In this document: one piece after another, positions 12,780 through 25,291 of the stretch
Position numbering within the stretch: the stretch's first letter is position 1
How the letters are laid out: each line of letters starts with the position of its first letter
Origin: Camelus ferus
Taxonomy: Eukaryota
Direction of reading: 5' to 3'
Length of the DNA: 64,000 nt
NCBI RefSeq assembly: GCF_009834535.1
Contig: NC_045697.1
Location: forward strand, 68,822,001-68,886,000
Notes under the pieces: generated by a model
What the model saw: the letters and a program-made list of their open reading frames with translations, nothing else
What the model was told of the DNA's origin: nothing
Database searches by the model: none
Program-made: the position numbers and the translations under genes

Positions 12780-13725
12780 CTAGCAAGAAATCTCAATTAC
12801 AAAAATGAGCACAAAATCAAGTTCTGACAAACATTTGAAGAAAGACAACTCAATTACAAGGATATTGCTAAAAACTCATAACCAAAGAATTAAAGTGAAA
12901 AGATCATTCAGAATCATAATTTAAAACCAGAATATTTAATGTCCCAAGAGAGAGAAGCTAGTATCTGTAAAAGATTAGAAAATGTAGGATCAAATAAAAA
13001 GACATTTATGAAAAATACAAATAGAGGTAGAAATAACTTCTCAGATTGTAGAACAAAAATGTAAGTACATGGCTTCAGTAGGAGAATCAAAGCTTTTGTA
13101 TGAGTTAGCTGGAAAAGGGCCAAATTATGCTCCAAGAACTTACAGTAAAGACATCAAGAGTTACAATATACTGAAAGGAAAAGTGATCTGGAGGCTAGAA
13201 GTTCCAACATTAGCTAGCAACAAATAAAATAAAATATAAAATAAAATAAGAAGGCTGCGGAGTCAATATGAGAAGAAATAATTGCTGGGAGTGAGAGAAT
13301 GGCACATGAACTCAGACTGAAAGGGCTCAGCCAGGTCCAAACAGAACAAATAAAACAAATAAGCAGGTAAACAAATAAAACCCTCATATCTATTGAAATT
13401 AATAAAAAATAAGGGCAAAGAAAAATTCCTGAATGATTACAACAAAAGGAAAAAATTACATTAACAGAGGAATGCTGAATACTGGCAAGAGAAGACCACT
13501 AAGCAATGTGAAAGACAAAGAGATCTCAAAAACAGGTAGAGAAGACAGATTATCTAAAAAAGATGACAGCCTGATGACTGAATTGTCAGGTGTGGTAATG
13601 GAAGTTTGAAGTCAGTGGAAGGACTCCTTAAACTGCTCAGAGAAATTAAGCATCAAATAAAATTATATAGCCAGCAAAACTATATTACCACCAGAGGGAT
13701 GGAATTAAGATAATTTTACATGTTT
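12780..13725 (+). mobile_element. ancient L1M (L1ME-like) ORF1 region, left part
   Basis: ctcagactgaaagggctca and gaagtcagtggaaggactccttaaactgctcagagaaa...attatatagccagcaaaactatatt match decayed ORF1. Confidence 0.7.
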
Positions 13726-13734
13726 TCTAAGTTA

Positions 13735-14573
13735 ATTTTTTCAAAATTGGGCTCCTAATAATCTTCCCCAAATCATCATCTCTTACAATTGTTTTCATCT
13801 CAGTTAGTGGCAATTCTCCCCTGAAAGTTGTTTGGATCTAAATCTCTAAGTCATCCTTGGCTTCTCCCTTGTCCCACAGCCTACATCAGAATCAATGGCA
13901 TATCCTATCAGCTTTACCTTCAAAAAATACCTAGACTGTGACACTTCTCACCACTCTCACTGCCAACATTCTGCTCCATCATCTCTTACTGATATGGCAA
14001 TAACCTATTAATTGCTTTTATTTTTGTTCCTCTCCAGTCCATAGCATATAAACTGAAGCTGCTAAAAAAGATCTTATCAACTGTCATTTCAAAACCCTCT
14101 AATAGCCTTCCATCTCACCATAAAGCACGACCTATCAAGCCAGGTGTTACTGAGATATACATTACATCTCTGGGCACATCTACTAATCTCCAAATAACTT
14201 ATTTCTACTATAGCCTTACTGGCTTCCTTGCTGTATCTTAAACTTGCCAGGCTCTCGTGTACAATCTGTTCCCTTTGTCTGCAATGCTTTTTCATTAGAT
14301 ACTATCATATTCCCTCAGTTCTTCTGGTCTTGATTCAAAAGCCACCTTCCCAGGAAGGTCTTCCCTAACTGCACTACCTAAAATTTCATACCATACTTTT
14401 CCTGCTTTATTTTTTTCTGCTACACAATGTAACATACTACTTACTATATATTTTATGTTTTATCTTGCATATTACCTGTCTCTCTAGAATTTCAGCTCCA
14501 TGAGAGCAGAGATTTGTATATATATTACTTTATGCCCAGTACACAATATGTACTGGTATGGAAGAATGAATGA
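13735..14573 (+). mobile_element. L2 (L2a-like) 3' portion
   Basis: catctcagttagtggcaattc...gtcatccttggcttctccctt...agctccatgagagcagagatttgt...gaatgaatgaa. Confidence 0.85.
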
Positions 14574-14952
14574 AAGTATTTATCACTGTAAGTCTGTAAC
14601 TAAAGGGGTTTCCAAAAGATATACTTCAATAAGAAGGAAAATGACCCTAGGAGAAATGTCTGAGATGCAAAAAAAAGAAAACAACAACAACAAAAAAAAA
14701 ACTGAAGAAAATAATAAATATGCGTGAATCTAAACAGCAGTTTATTGCATAAGACAATTTGTAAGGTTAAAGAAAAGTAAACAAGTTAAGGCATTGTTCA
14801 GGAGAGCAAAGATCTGTAGGCAATCTAAACTTTATTAAGTAAGTGTGCATGTAGGAACGCCAAGGGTATTCTCTAAAACAGCAAAAATAGAATATATAGG
14901 TTCCAAACCAGTAAAGCAAACAGATGAAATAGGGATGGAGGCAGAAGTTGGT

Positions 14953-15113
14953 AGGAGGGGAAAGAAAGAAAGAAAAGAAAAGAAAAGAAAAGAAAAGAAA
15001 AGAAAAGAAAAGAAAAGAAAAGAAAGAAAAGAGAAGAAAAGAGAAGAAAAGAGGAGAGGAGAGGAGAGGAGAGGAGAGGAGAGGAGAGGAGAGGAGAGGA
15101 GAGGAGAAAGAAA
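14953..15113. repeat. 161-nt pure purine tract, (GAAAA)n grading into (GAGAG)n
   Basis: Directly visible; the source of the low-complexity ORFs at 14767-15268. Confidence 0.97.
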
Positions 15114-15909
15114 TTGCAAGCAAGAAGGAAAACAAGGAAATACAGAAAATACGGAAAATAATAGAAAAAAAGAGATTTAACAACCTGGTTATCAAAATAA
15201 AATACACTTATCTCCTGAATATTAGTGACAAAAGACAACCACTACAAACATGGTCAGAAAATAGCTGAAAGTAAAAGGATGAAGAATGATATACCAGACA
15301 AATTTTAACCAAACACAAAAAGGCTGATATACCTAAAATGCATGAGTAGAGATAAAGAGGGTCATTATAACATGATAAAAGGTTCAGTTTAACAGAAAGC
15401 TATAATTTATTGTCACCTAACAGTATTGATTCAAAAATTATTAAGTAAAAATTAAACAGACCATGAAGAGTAATTGTAAAATATATCATTACAGTGGGAC
15501 TTTTTGACATACCACTCAAAGTAATTAATACATTAAGCAAGATGTAAAAGATATGAAAAATTTCATTAATAAGTTTAAACTAGCTGACAACTGTAGAGCA
15601 CTATATCCAATTGCTGACAAATACGTTATTTTCAAATGTAAATGGAACATTTACAAAAGTAGTACGTACTCAGCTACATACCAATCCTTAAGAGATTTCC
15701 AAAACTGAGCAGCAGATAGATCATATCTCCTGACTACAAAACTTACAATTCAGTTAAGAATCAATTACCAAAAAACACTATGATTTTTTAATAAGGCTGC
15801 AAACATTTGGAAAATTTAAAACACTATTTTAAATAACATAGGTCAAAGAAGGTATGATAAAGTAAATTAGGATAGATTTGGAACTGAATGATACTGAAAA
15901 CACCATAAG

Positions 15910-16012
15910 CAAAGAGAAGTAGCATTAATTAATTAATTAATTAATTGTTGTTGTTTAAGCCACTGAGATTTTGAAATTGTTCGTTTACATACAGAGCAAT
16001 AGCTGATTAAAA
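15910..16012 (+). mobile_element. MLT1 LTR 3' end fragment with (TTAA)n run
   Basis: ttgttgttgtttaagccactgagattttg...gcaatagctgattaa. Confidence 0.6.
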
Positions 16013-18771
16013 ACTACCCAAATCTTTTTTCTTGAAGCCAGAAAGAAACAAACAAAATCTGATAATAAAAACTGACAAGAAAATTTCAAAGATATTACAG
16101 GCTAACCTCATTATAATAGATGTGCAATATCCACTGAGATGATACCATAGATCTAATTGCAAAACAATAAAATGTCTATAAAAATTATTTAAGAACTATA
16201 AGAATTCTTAAATTGATGCTAAAATCTGTAACTAAAAGGAAAAAAATGAATAAATTTGATATTAAAATTATGTTACGTTCATCAATAGAAATCATTAAGT
16301 AAAAGTCAAATCACAGAAGAGACATGTTTATAGTATGTATAATTATCAAATACAGCCATAATTTATTAAGAACTACTACAAGTCAATAATAAAATAATCT
16401 AATAGATAAATAGGCAAGAGATTTTAAAAGGCAGTTTACAACAGGTTATCCAAATACCCAGAAACTATATGGCAAAAGTATTAAACTTCAATAGCCACCA
16501 GGAAAATGCATATTAAAGACTCAATTAAATACTCCTAAGGCATGACTAGAATAGAAAAAAAATGTCAATATCATGTGTGTTGGTGAGATTATAGAGCAAC
16601 TGCAATCCTAGGTATATAATTAAGGGAAATGTATATTTATGTGCACTAAAAAATATCTATAAAAATGTCCACTGTAACAGTATTCATAAAAGCACTAAAC
16701 TGGAAACACCCCAAATTTCCACTAGTAATAAAATGGATAAAGAAGTTGTGATGTATTCTTATATTGAGAATGAACTAATTCTCAGGTAGCAACTGCTGCT
16801 CCCTGCAACAACAAGGATTACAGTCTACAAACCATAAGGTTGAATGAAAGAAGACAAGCACAAAACAGCACTCACATATTCAATTTACATATAAGTTGAA
16901 ACAGTGAAAATAAATTAATGGTGTCAGAAGTCAGAAGAGTGGTTATTTTGGGGCGTTGGTACTGATTAAGAGAGAGTAAGAGGAGGGTTAAGGAATGCTT
17001 GTAATGTTCTATTTCTTTATTTGATAATGGTTACATGGGTGTTTCATCTAATGAAAACACACTGAGATAGGAATTAATAATTTTGTACTTTTCTATAATT
17101 TTTTAATGTAATAAATGTTTTTTATTATAAAAAGTGCATGGTGTGAAGGCTTTTGATCATAATTAGCTGGTAAAACAATAAGGCCTCATTGCCTCCTAGA
17201 AATATGAATTTAATATTTCTCTTATTGCTTTGTAATATATTTATAATAAAAATTATATATGATTCCCAAAATGCTAAGATATGGACACACTGAATCTATG
17301 GTGACATAATTTAGCTTTTTGTGTAAAAAGAAGGCTTTTTAAATATATTTTCAATATACGAGCATTCCTTAGAATTCCACATTTCATTACATTTCCTCAA
17401 AATGCAAATCACTCTGTAATGAAGAATAATCTGCACATATAATCAGAAGTTCAGACAACGAAACCTTCTAACATCATCAAATAATGTTTTAAGAGAACTG
17501 TAATGTATTCAGGTAACCAATGCTGACTCTACAAAGTGCACTGCAAAAAAATCAATTTTTATCACTTGAAATCTATTGAAATTAGAGAGCAATGCCAAGT
17601 CACTGACACACTAATGGGTTTCAAAATATTTCAGAAAGAACAAGGAAATTGCTAAGTGTTTTAATTGAAATGCAGTTTCAATAAGTATAACAAATTGGAT
17701 AATATAAGCTTTCTGTAAAGCTACCATATAAAACTATCATATTATATACAGTGTCGAGTTTTAATAAATTTGCAGATCGTCTATATACAAATTATATAAC
17801 AATTATCCTACAGTGAACTACTTAAAATCTTTTACTATACATTCTAATTTGAAAGGAATTCTTTTCCCATGTTCCAAGTGTTTCCATTTCAATTCACTTT
17901 TAGAACAATAGTGTAGCATTTCCAAAGAGGATCTGCTCCACAAAATCCAACATGGCTTGCTTTAAAAGAACGTTATATCTGACTAACATATTTTTCATGT
18001 ATTTAACTGCAACGTTATCCTATATGGAAAGATTAAATTTAAATTAGGAATTGGGTTTTCTGATTCCTGGGGTGTTAAATTAATATTCGAAAATCATAAT
18101 TTCTGAGAAAATATGTTGTAAAAACTAGATATAAAACGTAGAAACACTTCAAGAATATCATACTCTTCAGTTTTCACATTTCCCCCTAGTCCCTTAACTT
18201 TGTCTTCTTGTTGCTTAGTTTGTGGCCTTTCATCCTTTGATTCTTCTTATTTCTATGATTATATCTCCTGGGCTTAGAAGGAACATCTCCCTCTCCAACA
18301 AATACATACATTCCTACACTTTGCTGTCATTTGACCAAGTCAAGATTTGTCTTCCTCCTTCCCTTCTCACCATTCCTTCCTCCTTCCTACACCTCTTCCC
18401 CAACCCTAACGCTTACATCACATTATTCTCAACAAAACCCTTTCATTTTGGAACGGTCTTTCAAAGACTAGTACAGCTTGTGCCTGGTGCATTCAGATTT
18501 CTTTCAACCAACAATATACAAGCTGTGGGGAATATGTAAATCAGACGGGAATCAAGGATAGTAGTTTGGCCAGTGAAACAGCTGGGTACTAGTCAGAATT
18601 TAAATTACAACAGATAGAACTCATTTTAAACTCTCTGTACCCCCAAATTTCTTTCTTTTTTCTTTCTCCTTTAAGATTCACTTCCCTATAGTAAGGCATG
18701 GGAAAAGCAGAACAGAGATGGTCTCACATTATTTTTTACTTTCTCCACAGCACAGTGGCCACTCCATCTAC

Positions 18772-18990
18772 TAGCAGGTTTGTAGGGGATGTGGGGAGGG
18801 GCTATGGGAGTTATTATTTAATGAGTACAGAGTTTCAATTTTACAAGATTAAACAGTTCTAAAGATGAATGGTGGTGACGGTTGAACATTATAAACATTT
18901 AATACCACTGAACTGTGCACTTAAAATGGTTAAGATGATCAATTTTATGTCATGTGTATTTTGCTACAATGCAAAAAAAGAGAAAAAAAA
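18772..18990 (+). mobile_element. L1MB-type 3' end
   Basis: tttaatgagtacagagtttcaatttt...ccactgaactgtgcacttaaaatggttaagatg; G-rich tract at 18785-18808. Confidence 0.85.
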
Positions 18991-19434
18991 AGAGAAATAG
19001 AACTTAATAACCGGTATGCTAACAGATACTGTTCCCACCCATTAAAAAGAGTACAGTTAAATTTCCACTTGCCGTCAGTATCATCCCATCCTTTGTAGCT
19101 TTTAACTCTAGAGATAATGCTTCTTTTTTTCTCAAGAAAATAAGACTTGAGGGCATTTACTCCTAATAAAACTAGTTCCATCAGTAATAAAAGTTTGATC
19201 TGAGGTAAAGACTCCATGAATCAAAGTTTGTCTTGAGGGGGGGTGGTTTGGCTTTTTAATACAAAGAGAAATGTCTTTGCAACCTCTTTATCTGTTCCCT
19301 TAGCTTCCTTAAAATCTTAGCATGGTGAAAAGTGTAGCAGGTCAGTGACCAAAAGCACCAAGGCACAAGTGTGCAATCTTCATATAGTGCTAAGTCTTTA
19401 TCTTTAATCATAAAAAAGCTTGATAATGTTTGCC

Positions 19435-19495
19435 TAAAAACTAGTACAACATTATAGATCAACTATACTTCAATAAAAATAATTTTTAAAAAAGA
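19435..19495 (+). mobile_element. very short L1 3' tip
   Basis: caacattatagatcaactatacttcaataaaaa matches the L1 termini elsewhere in the window. Confidence 0.65.
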
Positions 19496-19979
19496 ATGCA
19501 AAGATCAAATTATATATAAAAATACATTTACATATATATAGTACTTCTTTATATATTACCAGCTCATTACTTGCAATGGCCTAAAATTCAAAGTACTTAT
19601 AACCTGTTATACTGAGTCATGATTTTCAAGTGTCTTATTCCTACCTGCGTATTTTATACTAGTTTATAGAGTTAATACTATTCTCTATTTCCTTCAAACT
19701 TAGAGAAATGTTTTTGATAAGTTAAATTATGTTTAAAATCTGTTCTATGTCTATTTCTAAAATTGGAAACTATAAAAGTAAATTTTATCCACTATGTTCA
19801 TAATTATTTTGCATAATGAATTAGAATAAATGATTTGAACATTGGGTTGGGTTACATGGGTTTTCAACTTCACTAAAACATTAGCTGATTTGACAGTTAT
19901 AAAAACTACTTAAAAGTTTTTTAAAAACCTATACAACAAATATATGTCTAGTCTTTATTTTTCCCTCCTCCTCACATGA

Positions 19980-20150
19980 ACCTCTGAAAATCGTAATGCC
20001 GAGAGCTCGGTTCTATGCCCTCTTTTCCTACTGATTTCCCTAGCAGATCTCCTGCAGTCTCATGGATTTAATGTTATCTATACTAAATGATTCTCTATTT
20101 TTCATTTTCAGCCTCAATCTCATTCCTGAAGTTTGTAATCTGTATACCCA
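19980..20150 (+). mobile_element. L2 fragment
   Basis: ccctagcagatctcctgcagtctcatggattta...cagcctcaatctc. Confidence 0.55.
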
Positions 20151-20208
20151 AATTGCAATTTAAAATTCAAATACTTTTTTAATATTTGTGCACTTGATTA
20201 TATGTAAA

Positions 20209-20973
20209 TTTTTTAATTGAACTATAGTCAGCTTACAATCTGTGTCAATTTCTAGTGTACAGCATAATGTTTCAGTCTTATATATACATACATATATTCC
20301 TTTTCATATCATTTTTCATTATAGGTTACAAGATATTGAGTATCTATGCTATACAGTAGAAACTTGTTGTTTACCTATTTTACATATAGTAGTTAGTACC
20401 TACAAATTCTGAATTCCTCATTTATCCCTCCACCCACCTTTTCCTCCTAGTAACTGTGTTTGTGTTCTGAGTCTGTTTCTATTTTGTAAATAAGTTCATT
20501 TGTGTCCTTTTTTTTTTAGATTCCACATATGAGTGATATCAAATAGTATCTTTCTCTTTCTTGCTTACTTCACTTAGAATGATGATCTCCAGGTCCATCC
20601 ATGTTGCTGTAAATGGCACTGTTTTATCATTTTTAATGGCTGAGTAGTATTTCATTGTATAATATACCACAACTTCTTTATCCAGTTGTCTGTTAATGGA
20701 CATTTAGGTTGTTTCTATGTCTTGGCTATTGTAAATAGTGCTGCTATGAACATTGGGATGCATGTATCTTTTTGAATTTGATTCCCTCTGGATATATATG
20801 CCCAGGAGTAGAACTGCTGGGTCATATGGTAAGTCTATTTTTAGTTTTCTGAGGAATCACCCTACTGTTTTCCATAATGGCTGCACCAAACTACATTCCC
20901 ACCAACAATGTAGGAGGGTTACCTTTTCTTTACACCCTCTCTAGCATTATCATTTGTGCACTTTTTAATGATG
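20209..20973 (-). mobile_element. young lineage-specific L1 3' end, sense to STPG2
   Basis: Reverse complement of the 3' ORF2/UTR seen at 47300-48122; poly(T) at 20209. Confidence 0.93.
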
Positions 20974-22702
20974 TAGGCTCCACTTCTAAATCTAGTTCTC
21001 TCACTATTGCTCTCTCTGCAGTTCCTTCCTCCACTGAAGTCTTGAACCCCTCAAAGTCAGCCATGAGGACTGGAATCAACTTCTTCCAAACTCCTGTTAA
21101 TGCTGATATTTTCATCTCTCCCCATTAATCACAAATATTCTACATGGTATCTGGGAAGATAAATCCCTTCTTGAAGGTTTTTAATTGACTTTGCCCAGAT
21201 CCATCAGGTGAATCACTATCTATGGCAGTTATTCCTTACAAAATGTATTTCTTAAATAATAAAACTTGAAAGTTAAAATTACTCCTTGATCCATGGGCTA
21301 CAAAATGGATGTTGTGTTAGTAGGCAAAAAAAAAAAAGTATCATTAATCTCACTGTATATCTCCATCAGAGCCCTTGAGTGATCAGGTACGTTGTCAATG
21401 AGCAGTAATATTTTGAAAGGAATCTTTTTTTTTTTCCTGAGAGGTAGGTCTCAACAGTGGGCTTAAACATTCAGCAAACCATGTTGTTACCAGATGTGCT
21501 GTCATCTAGGCTTTGTTATTCCATGTATAGAACACAGGCAGAATAGATTCAGCATAATTCTTAAGGGCCCTAGGCCCTCGGATTTTCAAAATGGTAAATA
21601 AGTATTACTTTCAACTTAAAGTCACCAGCTGCATTAGCCCCTCTCAAGAAGAGTCGGCCTGTCTTTTGAAGCTTTGAAGCCAGGCATTAACTCCTCCTCT
21701 CTAGCTATGGAAGTCCTAGAAAGCATCTTCTTCCAATAAGGGGCTGTTTTGTCTACATTAAAAACCTGTTGTTTTGTGTAGGCACCTTCATAAATTATCT
21801 TAGCTAGATCTTCTGGATAACTTGCTGCAGCTTCTACTCGTTGCTTCATCTTGCACTTTTATGTTATGGAGATGACTTCTTTCCTTAAACCTCATCAGCC
21901 AACCTGTTAGCTTTACTCTTCCTCTGCAGCTTCCTCATCTCTCTCACCTTTACAGGGTTGAAGAGAGCCAGGGCATTGCTCTGGTTGAGGGCTAGGCTTA
22001 AGGGAATGTTGTGGCTGATTTGATCCTCTATTCAGACTACTAAGGTTTTCTCCGTATCAGCAATAAGGCTGTTTAGCCTTTTTATCATTTGTATGTTCAC
22101 TGTAGTAGCACTTTTAATTTCTTTAAAGAGCTTTCCTTTGCATTCACAGCTTGGCTAACTGGAGCAACAGCCCTAGCTTCCAGTCTGTCTCAGCTCTCAA
22201 CATGCCTTTCTCACTAAGCTTGATCATTTCTAGCTTTTGATTTAAAGTTAGAGACGCGACATTTCCTTTCACTTGAACCCTTGTAGGTCACTGTAGGGTT
22301 ATTAATCGGCTTGATTTTAATATTGTTGGGTCTCAGGCAATAGAGAGCCCTGATAGAGGGAGAGAGGTGGAGGAACTGGTGGTCAGTAGAGCAATCAGAA
22401 CACACACAACATTTATCAATTGTTTGCCATCTTATATGGGTGCAGTTCATGGCGCTCCAAAACAATTACAACAGTAACATCAAAGATCACTGATTACAAA
22501 TCACCATAACAAATATAATAATAGTGATAAAGTTTGAAATATTACCAAAATATGATACAGAGACAGAAAGGAGCTAAATGCAGTTGGAAAAATGGTGTGG
22601 ATAGACTTGCTGGACACAGCGTTGCCACAAACCTTCAATTTGTTAAAAATGTAGTATCTGCAAAGTGCTATAATGCAAAGTAAAATAAAACGGGTATACC
22701 TG
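20974..22702 (-). mobile_element. Tigger1 (TcMar/pogo) DNA transposon; 5' TIR present, 3' end missing, transposase disrupted
   Basis: ORF pieces [28 protein letters not shown]...[10 protein letters not shown] and LTGVWKKLIPVLMADFEGFKTSVEE match Tigger1 transposase; terminus ataaaacgggtatacctg. Confidence 0.95.
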
Positions 22703-23919
22703 TCTTATCTCTATATATAAAACCTATATATTTTCACTTATTTTCTATACCTTACCTCCCATATCAATAAACTAAGTCCATTTTTAACTTCAGACTGATT
22801 GTTACCCTTTATGTTATTAAATATCTTGCATCAGTTCTTTCCTCCCCTTTTTTTGCATACTCAGTCCCTCCTTCTCAAATGAAGCTTTTCCCAGTCTTCA
22901 AACATTCATTCATATGCAAAAAGTGAATAATTCAAACAGTTAGTAATCTATACAGAACGTATAGGATAATTTTATCTATAACATAATGCTTATTAATAAA
23001 CTTATTAATATGCTTATTAATAATCTGATCATTCTCAAATTATATATAAATAAGACTTTACTTGAAATATAGAGTACCCAAAAAGCAAAAATAACCTGAG
23101 ATTAAAAACTAATGAAGTCAGCTCATTTTTAGTAATAAAATTTCCATCATTTGAAATAAAGATATAAAATTAACAAATCCACAAAACTGATCTGACTGAT
23201 TTTTGCCTACACTCAGAATTATCTTGCATTTTAACAGCCCAAAAGCATTTCTGGAAGCCACAGAAAAACAGCAGAAAATTACGTATTTACTGCAATATGT
23301 TAGGCAAGTGGGATGAACTGCATTTTGATAAACTCCATAGTATTTCTGAAGCTATAATGTAATAAGCCACTGAGAAAACAGAAAAACTCGTTTTCACACT
23401 ACACTGATTTTTATATCAAAGGTATTGCTTATGTTTATTTAAAGTGAACAAAAATATCTTCATAGTATATGTTCAATTAACTTCTAAGATGAATTATATT
23501 TGTTTCCTAAAGTAATTTCCCATGGGGATGTGATGTAGAAATCACAATGTTATTTTCATTAGAAATGATCTATACTTTCTACATAGAGTAAGTCTCAGTA
23601 CCTGTTATGTTCAGCCTACAAATGTTGTCTCAGATGCTATGTTTTGCTGAGTCTATCATTCATTGAAATACCTGATTTCAATTAAAATTGTGCTTTAAAC
23701 TTCAATTGTTTTTCTTCATTTAAAAATCTTAAATTTTTACTCACTATAAAGTAGTGAATGTTCATTTAGAGAAAACAATTAAAAATTGAAAAACAAACCA
23801 AAATCTTTAACAAGTCTGTTGTTTACTCACATATTATATTTTAAGTGAGGACTTCACTGATAACATTTTTTAAACTGATGCAGGACACACAATGAGAGTT
23901 GAATCCTTTTCTCTTATTT

Positions 23920-24190
23920 TTCTCCTGAGCATTTATAACCACCTGGTATTCATGCTTTTTCTTTCCCTTCCTTGGCTCCTTCCCTCTTTTCTCCCTCCCT
24001 TCCTTCCTTCATCTATCAATCTACTGATCTATTTCTTCATTCATTTAGTAAATGTCTCAACCCTAAACTTTCATTCTGTGAAAGAACAATGTTTAGGTTT
24101 TGTTCACTGCTCTGTCACTAGTCCCTGGAACAGTGTCTAATACAGAAGAGGCTCTCAGTACATATTGTTAAATGAGTGATCAAATGAATC
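23920..24190 (+). mobile_element. L2 3' end with CT-rich insert
   Basis: ttttgttcactgctctgtcactagtccctggaacagtgtctaatacagaagaggctctcagtacatattgttaaatgagtga. Confidence 0.7.
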
Positions 24191-24289
24191 CTACCTTGTT
24201 ACCAGGCTTAAACAACATATACCATTTTAAATTTTTTCATAGGACTCTATTCAGTTTTTGCATTAGAATTAACTAAACCTCATTTTTCT

Positions 24290-24545
24290 TACAGTTAGGG
24301 CATTTGAAACTTTTCATTATTTGTGTTCCTGGATGACTACCCGTGATGCTTAAACTTTGCACATATTAATAACTGTTTCTTAGGGTAATATCAGAAGTAG
24401 AATTTCAGAGTTAAATGGCATGTACATTTAAAACATTCTGCCAGAGAATTACTGATACTAATTTATACTTCCACCATGATGTATGAGAGGCCCTAATTTT
24501 CCACACCCTCAATGTTTCATTTTCTTTTTAAATTTGCTGAGTATT
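24290..24545 (-). mobile_element. L1ME fragment
   Basis: ctaatttatacttccaccatgatgtatgagagg...ttccacaccctc. Confidence 0.55.
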
Positions 24546-25259
24546 TTCTTCCTCTAAATGTCCAAAAACAGATCAATATAAGAGATAAAATAATGTTTAA
24601 TTCCTTTTCTACTTAACAATTTTACTTTACCTGAGCTGGATCAATGACAAAGTCATTTACATATCCTTGAATTAAAACTTGGTGCATAAGAGGAGATTGC
24701 TTTATAATGTGATACAGCTCATTTAATAATTTCTTCATTAAGTGACTCTAATGTGTTTTTACTGGTTATACAACATTTAATGGTATATAGTATACTGATT
24801 GCAAATATACTTCCCTCTTTAATTTAGACTAATGAAAATGAGTTTTATCCTTCTTAAATATCTTCAAAGACTTCATTTATAAATAAAACAAAATCACTTC
24901 TATACTATTAATAAAAGTTCTAAAACAACTTGAAATAAATATATGGCTATAAATTGTTGAGTGATTGAATGAATGTGCTATAAGTTTTGTGAGTCCCATG
25001 AGAAGACTATTATTCATGTATCAACAAACTCATAACTTCTAACACATCATTTATCAACCTCAGTTCTTAACACTTTTTCCTCCAAATATAAGATAGTCGG
25101 TAATTAATTTTAAGTTGGCAATCATTTTATCTATAGGTAGAAAGATAACAATATAAATGTACTTTAAGTTCTATAAGGCAAAACATTCAATTCGGAGTGA
25201 TGTCATGACTCAAGAACAAATTTCTGCAAATTAATTCAAACAATCTTATAGTTTCACTT

Positions 25260-25291
25260 ATGTGTGTGTGTGTGTGTGTGTATACACACAT
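25260..25291. repeat. (TG)n microsatellite
   Basis: Directly visible. Confidence 0.9.

Larger units (their letters stand above)
14574..17130 (+). mobile_element. ancient L1ME continuation (ORF1 end, ORF2 fragments, 3' UTR)
   Basis: gagataaagagggtcattataacatgataaaaggttcagtt (ORF2 endonuclease region); tggtgtcagaagtcagaagagtggtta...ggttacatgggtgt (L1ME 3' UTR). Confidence 0.75.

Noticed and set aside
14767..15268. Five overlapping 94-146 aa ORFs (K/E/R-rich or F/S/L-rich)
   Set aside because: They are translations of the (GAAAA)n(GAGAG)n microsatellite.
18222..18539. 105-aa ORF
   Set aside because: Pyrimidine-rich low-complexity sequence, non-ATG start and no recognisable protein features.
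20184..20963. 12-bp repeat atttgtgcactt near both ends of the L1
   Set aside because: The right copy lies inside L1 sequence and the left is not at the tail boundary; probably coincidence, not a TSD.
20930..22465. TIGD1-like domesticated transposase gene
   Set aside because: Fragmented by stops and frameshifts and 3'-truncated; an ordinary decayed Tigger1.
24625..24775. Minus-strand donor-like CAG|GTAAAG near 24630 as a further STPG2 exon
   Set aside because: I could not see a PGP-repeat-like peptide or a convincing open exon upstream of it.
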